Assembly: GCA_048634345.1 (NCBI GenBank) | Contig: JAIWAP010000002.1 | Coordinates: forward strand, 1-45,341 | DNA from: Methanobacteriota archaeon | GTDB taxonomy: Archaea; Halobacteriota; Methanosarcinia; Methanosarcinales; Methanogasteraceae | DNA: 45,341 bases | Direction of reading: 5' to 3' | Shown here: in pieces, positions 43,298-45,341 of the stretch | Position numbering within the stretch: the stretch's first letter is position 1 | Layout of the letters: each line of letters starts with the position of its first letter | The notes under the pieces: model-generated | What the model was told of the DNA's origin: nothing | Database searches by the model: none | What the model saw: the letters and a program-made list of their open reading frames with translations, nothing else | Made by a program: the position numbers and the translations under genes

Positions 43298-44068
43298 ATG
43301 CGGCTATCAGAAATGATTGCTCTTCTGGAGGACATCGCTCCTCCGGAACTTGCTTATGAATCTGACCGGGACCGGATCGGTTTGGTGCTCGATCGAGGGG
43401 GCAACGTAAACAAGGTTGCTGTTGCGCTGGATGTCACCGATTACGTGCTTGAGGAGGCTGCACGGGCTGGAGCGGATCTCCTGATCACGCATCACACTCC
43501 GATATACCATCCGATACACCGGATATCAAAGACACTATCCGACTCGCTGAAGATCGCTCTTGAGAGCGAAATCTCGATATATACGATGCACACGAATTAC
43601 GACCGGGCGGAGGGCGGAGTCAACGATGTGCTCGCAGAGGTGCTTGAACTGCAGGATGTCGAGGAACTGGGACCCGGTCGCATCGGGCGAATAGACCACC
43701 AGATGACATCGACGTTTGCAGAGTTTGTGGCGCAGAAGTTAAACGTCTCTGTCCGATGGATCGGCGAGCGCGAGATCGAGACTGTGATGGTCGTCGGAGG
43801 CAGCGGTCTCAACGGCGAGTTTGTGAAGACTGCGATCGACGGAGGTGCTGATGCCCTTGTGTCAGGAGAACTGCGACACGATGCGATTCGGAGTGCGCAG
43901 AACCTGGCATTGATCGACGCCACGCATTATGCGACAGAGAATCCGGCGATGCAGCGGCTGTGCGACCGACTACCCGTCGAGTCAGTGTTCATCGAACACG
44001 CACCTGACGTGCAGGTGGTTGACAACACCCGGATGGCGCATCTCGACCAGATGACACGGTATGTATAG
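43298..44068 (+). CDS. NIF3/YbgI family dinuclear-metal-centre protein
   Basis: DLLITHHTPIYHPI, IYTMHTNYD and DATHYATE are the conserved His/Asp/Glu metal-ligand blocks of NIF3. Confidence 0.8.
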   Translation: MRLSEMIALLEDIAPPELAYESDRDRIGLVLDRGGNVNKVAVALDVTDYVLEEAARAGADLLITHHTPIYHPIHRISKTLSDSLKIALESEISIYTMHTNYDRAEGGVNDVLAEVLELQDVEELGPGRIGRIDHQMTSTFAEFVAQKLNVSVRWIGEREIETVMVVGGSGLNGEFVKTAIDGGADALVSGELRHDAIRSAQNLALIDATHYATENPAMQRLCDRLPVESVFIEHAPDVQVVDNTRMAHLDQMTRYV

Positions 44069-44357
44069 GCATCAAGTACTGCACAGGTAAGTCGTGGTTG
44101 CTTTTGCGCGGTTCAACCGCGTCGGTGCAATGGTTTGTGCAGCCATCCGCGCAAGCTTGCGAACCAAACCCCGGCGACGCGGCAGTCCCGTATTATGCAT
44201 GATGATACTGTAGAAAGGGCAATTTAGACTCTTGCACCCGTCTCTTTGTGTATCTCGCCATCTCAATAGGACTCGCGTTCACAATCCGGACGATTTCTTT
44301 TGGAGATCCTGGGGAATAAGTAACGAATAAGTACCCCGTGAAACGATCTTTGTACTG

Positions 44358-44915
44358 ATGATCATAACGCTCAGCGGTCTGCCCGGAAGCGGAACCAGCA
44401 CAGTGGCAGGCATACTATCGAGTTGCACCGGTTTTGAGGTTATATCTGCCGGAGACATCTTCCGAAAGATGGCAGAAGAAAGAGGACTTACGCTCAAGGA
44501 GTTCGGCAAACTCGCTTCGTCGGACACAGCTATCGATCAGCAGATCGACCGTCACCAGAAGAAGATCGCATCAGATGCGAAGCGCGCTGGAAAGGATATG
44601 GTTGTCGAGGGCAGGCTCTCGGCGTGGATGGCAGAACCGGATCTCGCCGTGCTCATCACAGCTCCGCTCGATACCCGGGCGGGCAGGATCGTGCATCGCG
44701 AAGGTGTCTCGATGGCTGATGCGGTTCGTCAGGTAAAGGAGCGAGAGGCGTGCGAAGCCGGGCGGTATTTAGAGTATTACGGGATCGATGTTGACGACCT
44801 GGGGGTCTATGATCTTGTGATCAACTCGGCAAAGTGGGATCAGCGCGGGGTGGCAGAAATCATCTTAAAGGCGATGAAGGACATGCAGGTACGCTATCGC
44901 GGAGAATCGTTCTGA
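44358..44915 (+). CDS. cmk: archaeal-type cytidylate (CMP) kinase
   Basis: MIITLSGLPGSGTSTVAGIL is the P-loop. 185 aa. EGRLSAW and later blocks are typical of the short archaeal Cmk family. Confidence 0.8.
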   Translation: MIITLSGLPGSGTSTVAGILSSCTGFEVISAGDIFRKMAEERGLTLKEFGKLASSDTAIDQQIDRHQKKIASDAKRAGKDMVVEGRLSAWMAEPDLAVLITAPLDTRAGRIVHREGVSMADAVRQVKEREACEAGRYLEYYGIDVDDLGVYDLVINSAKWDQRGVAEIILKAMKDMQVRYRGESF

Positions 44916-45065
44916 AGTTTCAGGTCTCTTGCGCTCGACTTCGACTGCCACCAGATCGCTACCGGCAACAATGCGGCAAGACGTCCTCGTAACCATCTCT
45001 AAAAATGAGGAAAAGGCGAGCGATCGCCCATTCCTTGCAAGCTTCGTGGATGTTATAATCAGGAA

Positions 45066-45341
45066 TCAGAGCACGATCTCGATGTCCAGTTCCTCTGCAA
45101 GCTCCTTGTACCGATTGCGGATCGTCACCTCGGTCACGCCTGCGACCTCTGCCACCTCTCGCTGGGTTCTGCGCTGGTCGCAGAGTATGGATGCAATATA
45201 TATCGCAGCCGCCGCAACCCCGGTGGGTCCGCGCCCGCTGGTCAGTTCCCGTTCTGTCGCAGCTCGAAGGATCGAGATGCCGCGTGCCTGCACGTCACCA
45301 CCAAGCCCGAGACCCGAACAGAACCTTGGAATGTAATCGAT
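45066..45341 (-). CDS. tfb: transcription initiation factor IIB (TFB), C-terminal part; gene continues past the right window edge
   Basis: The frame is open to the window edge: [81 protein letters not shown]. This is the second cyclin-like repeat of TFB. Confidence 0.85.
   Translation of the reverse strand: MDYIPRFCSGLGLGGDVQARGISILRAATERELTSGRGPTGVAAAAIYIASILCDQRRTQREVAEVAGVTEVTIRNRYKELAEELDIEIVL

Noticed and set aside
44069-44357. 290-bp intergenic region upstream of cmk as an ncRNA (stems cgcgg/ccgcg, a 12-nt palindrome cgcaagcttgcg, a C-box-like atgatga at about 44199-44205)
   Set aside because: No matching D box (ctga) at the appropriate distance. No tRNA cloverleaf and no SRP/RNase P signature strings. 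The structure content is not clearly above background for GC-rich DNA.

Overview
Archaeal chromosomal window from the methanogen/methanotroph lineage of Euryarchaeota. Support: formylmethanofuran:H4MPT formyltransferase Ftr, F420-dependent sulfite reductase Fsr, TFB, PriL, Csl4, archaeal-type ProRS and a PGF-CTERM sorting signal. Species cannot be determined without a search. About half is housekeeping (purD, proS, csl4, hppA, ftr, dph6-like, priL, dapF, kamA-like, NIF3, cmk, tfb) and half is accessory or decaying DNA. Main blocks: (1) 1-4.4 kb: secreted proteins, a 13-bp x6 tandem array next to two convergent ~75-aa wHTH genes, and two broken DDE transposases. (2) 4.7-13.5 kb: a sulfite/oxidant-handling neighbourhood with fsr, an Lrp regulator, a decayed IS-disrupted copy of a rubrerythrin-like/small sulfite reductase/cupin operon, a Cna-B/SdrD-like lipoprotein, and the intact operon copy, which runs into an octahaem c-type cytochrome with a PGF-CTERM anchor. 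(3) 14.2-17.8 kb: a histidine kinase plus two RsbR-type STAS sensor proteins (PAS-STAS and dCache-HAMP-STAS), with no RsbS/RsbT nearby. (4) 22.0-23.0 kb: MntA/HepT toxin-antitoxin. (5) 25.2-29.2 kb: a truncated CDF transporter, a PocR-GAF-PAS sensor whose kinase half is frameshifted and cut off, and several short palindromic CAC-word repeat elements. (6) 33.8-41.0 kb: a variable island between ftr and dapF holding a stand-alone WYL protein, a FAN1-like VRR-NUC nuclease (nuclease gene bracketed by ~46-bp hairpin-containing direct repeats), a dead MNT/HEPN pair, a VOC protein, a VapBC-like pair, priL, a trpA stub, a TPR stub and a dead IS4 transposase. I found no rRNA, tRNA or CRISPR array. All family calls rest on motifs read from the translations; no database search was possible.
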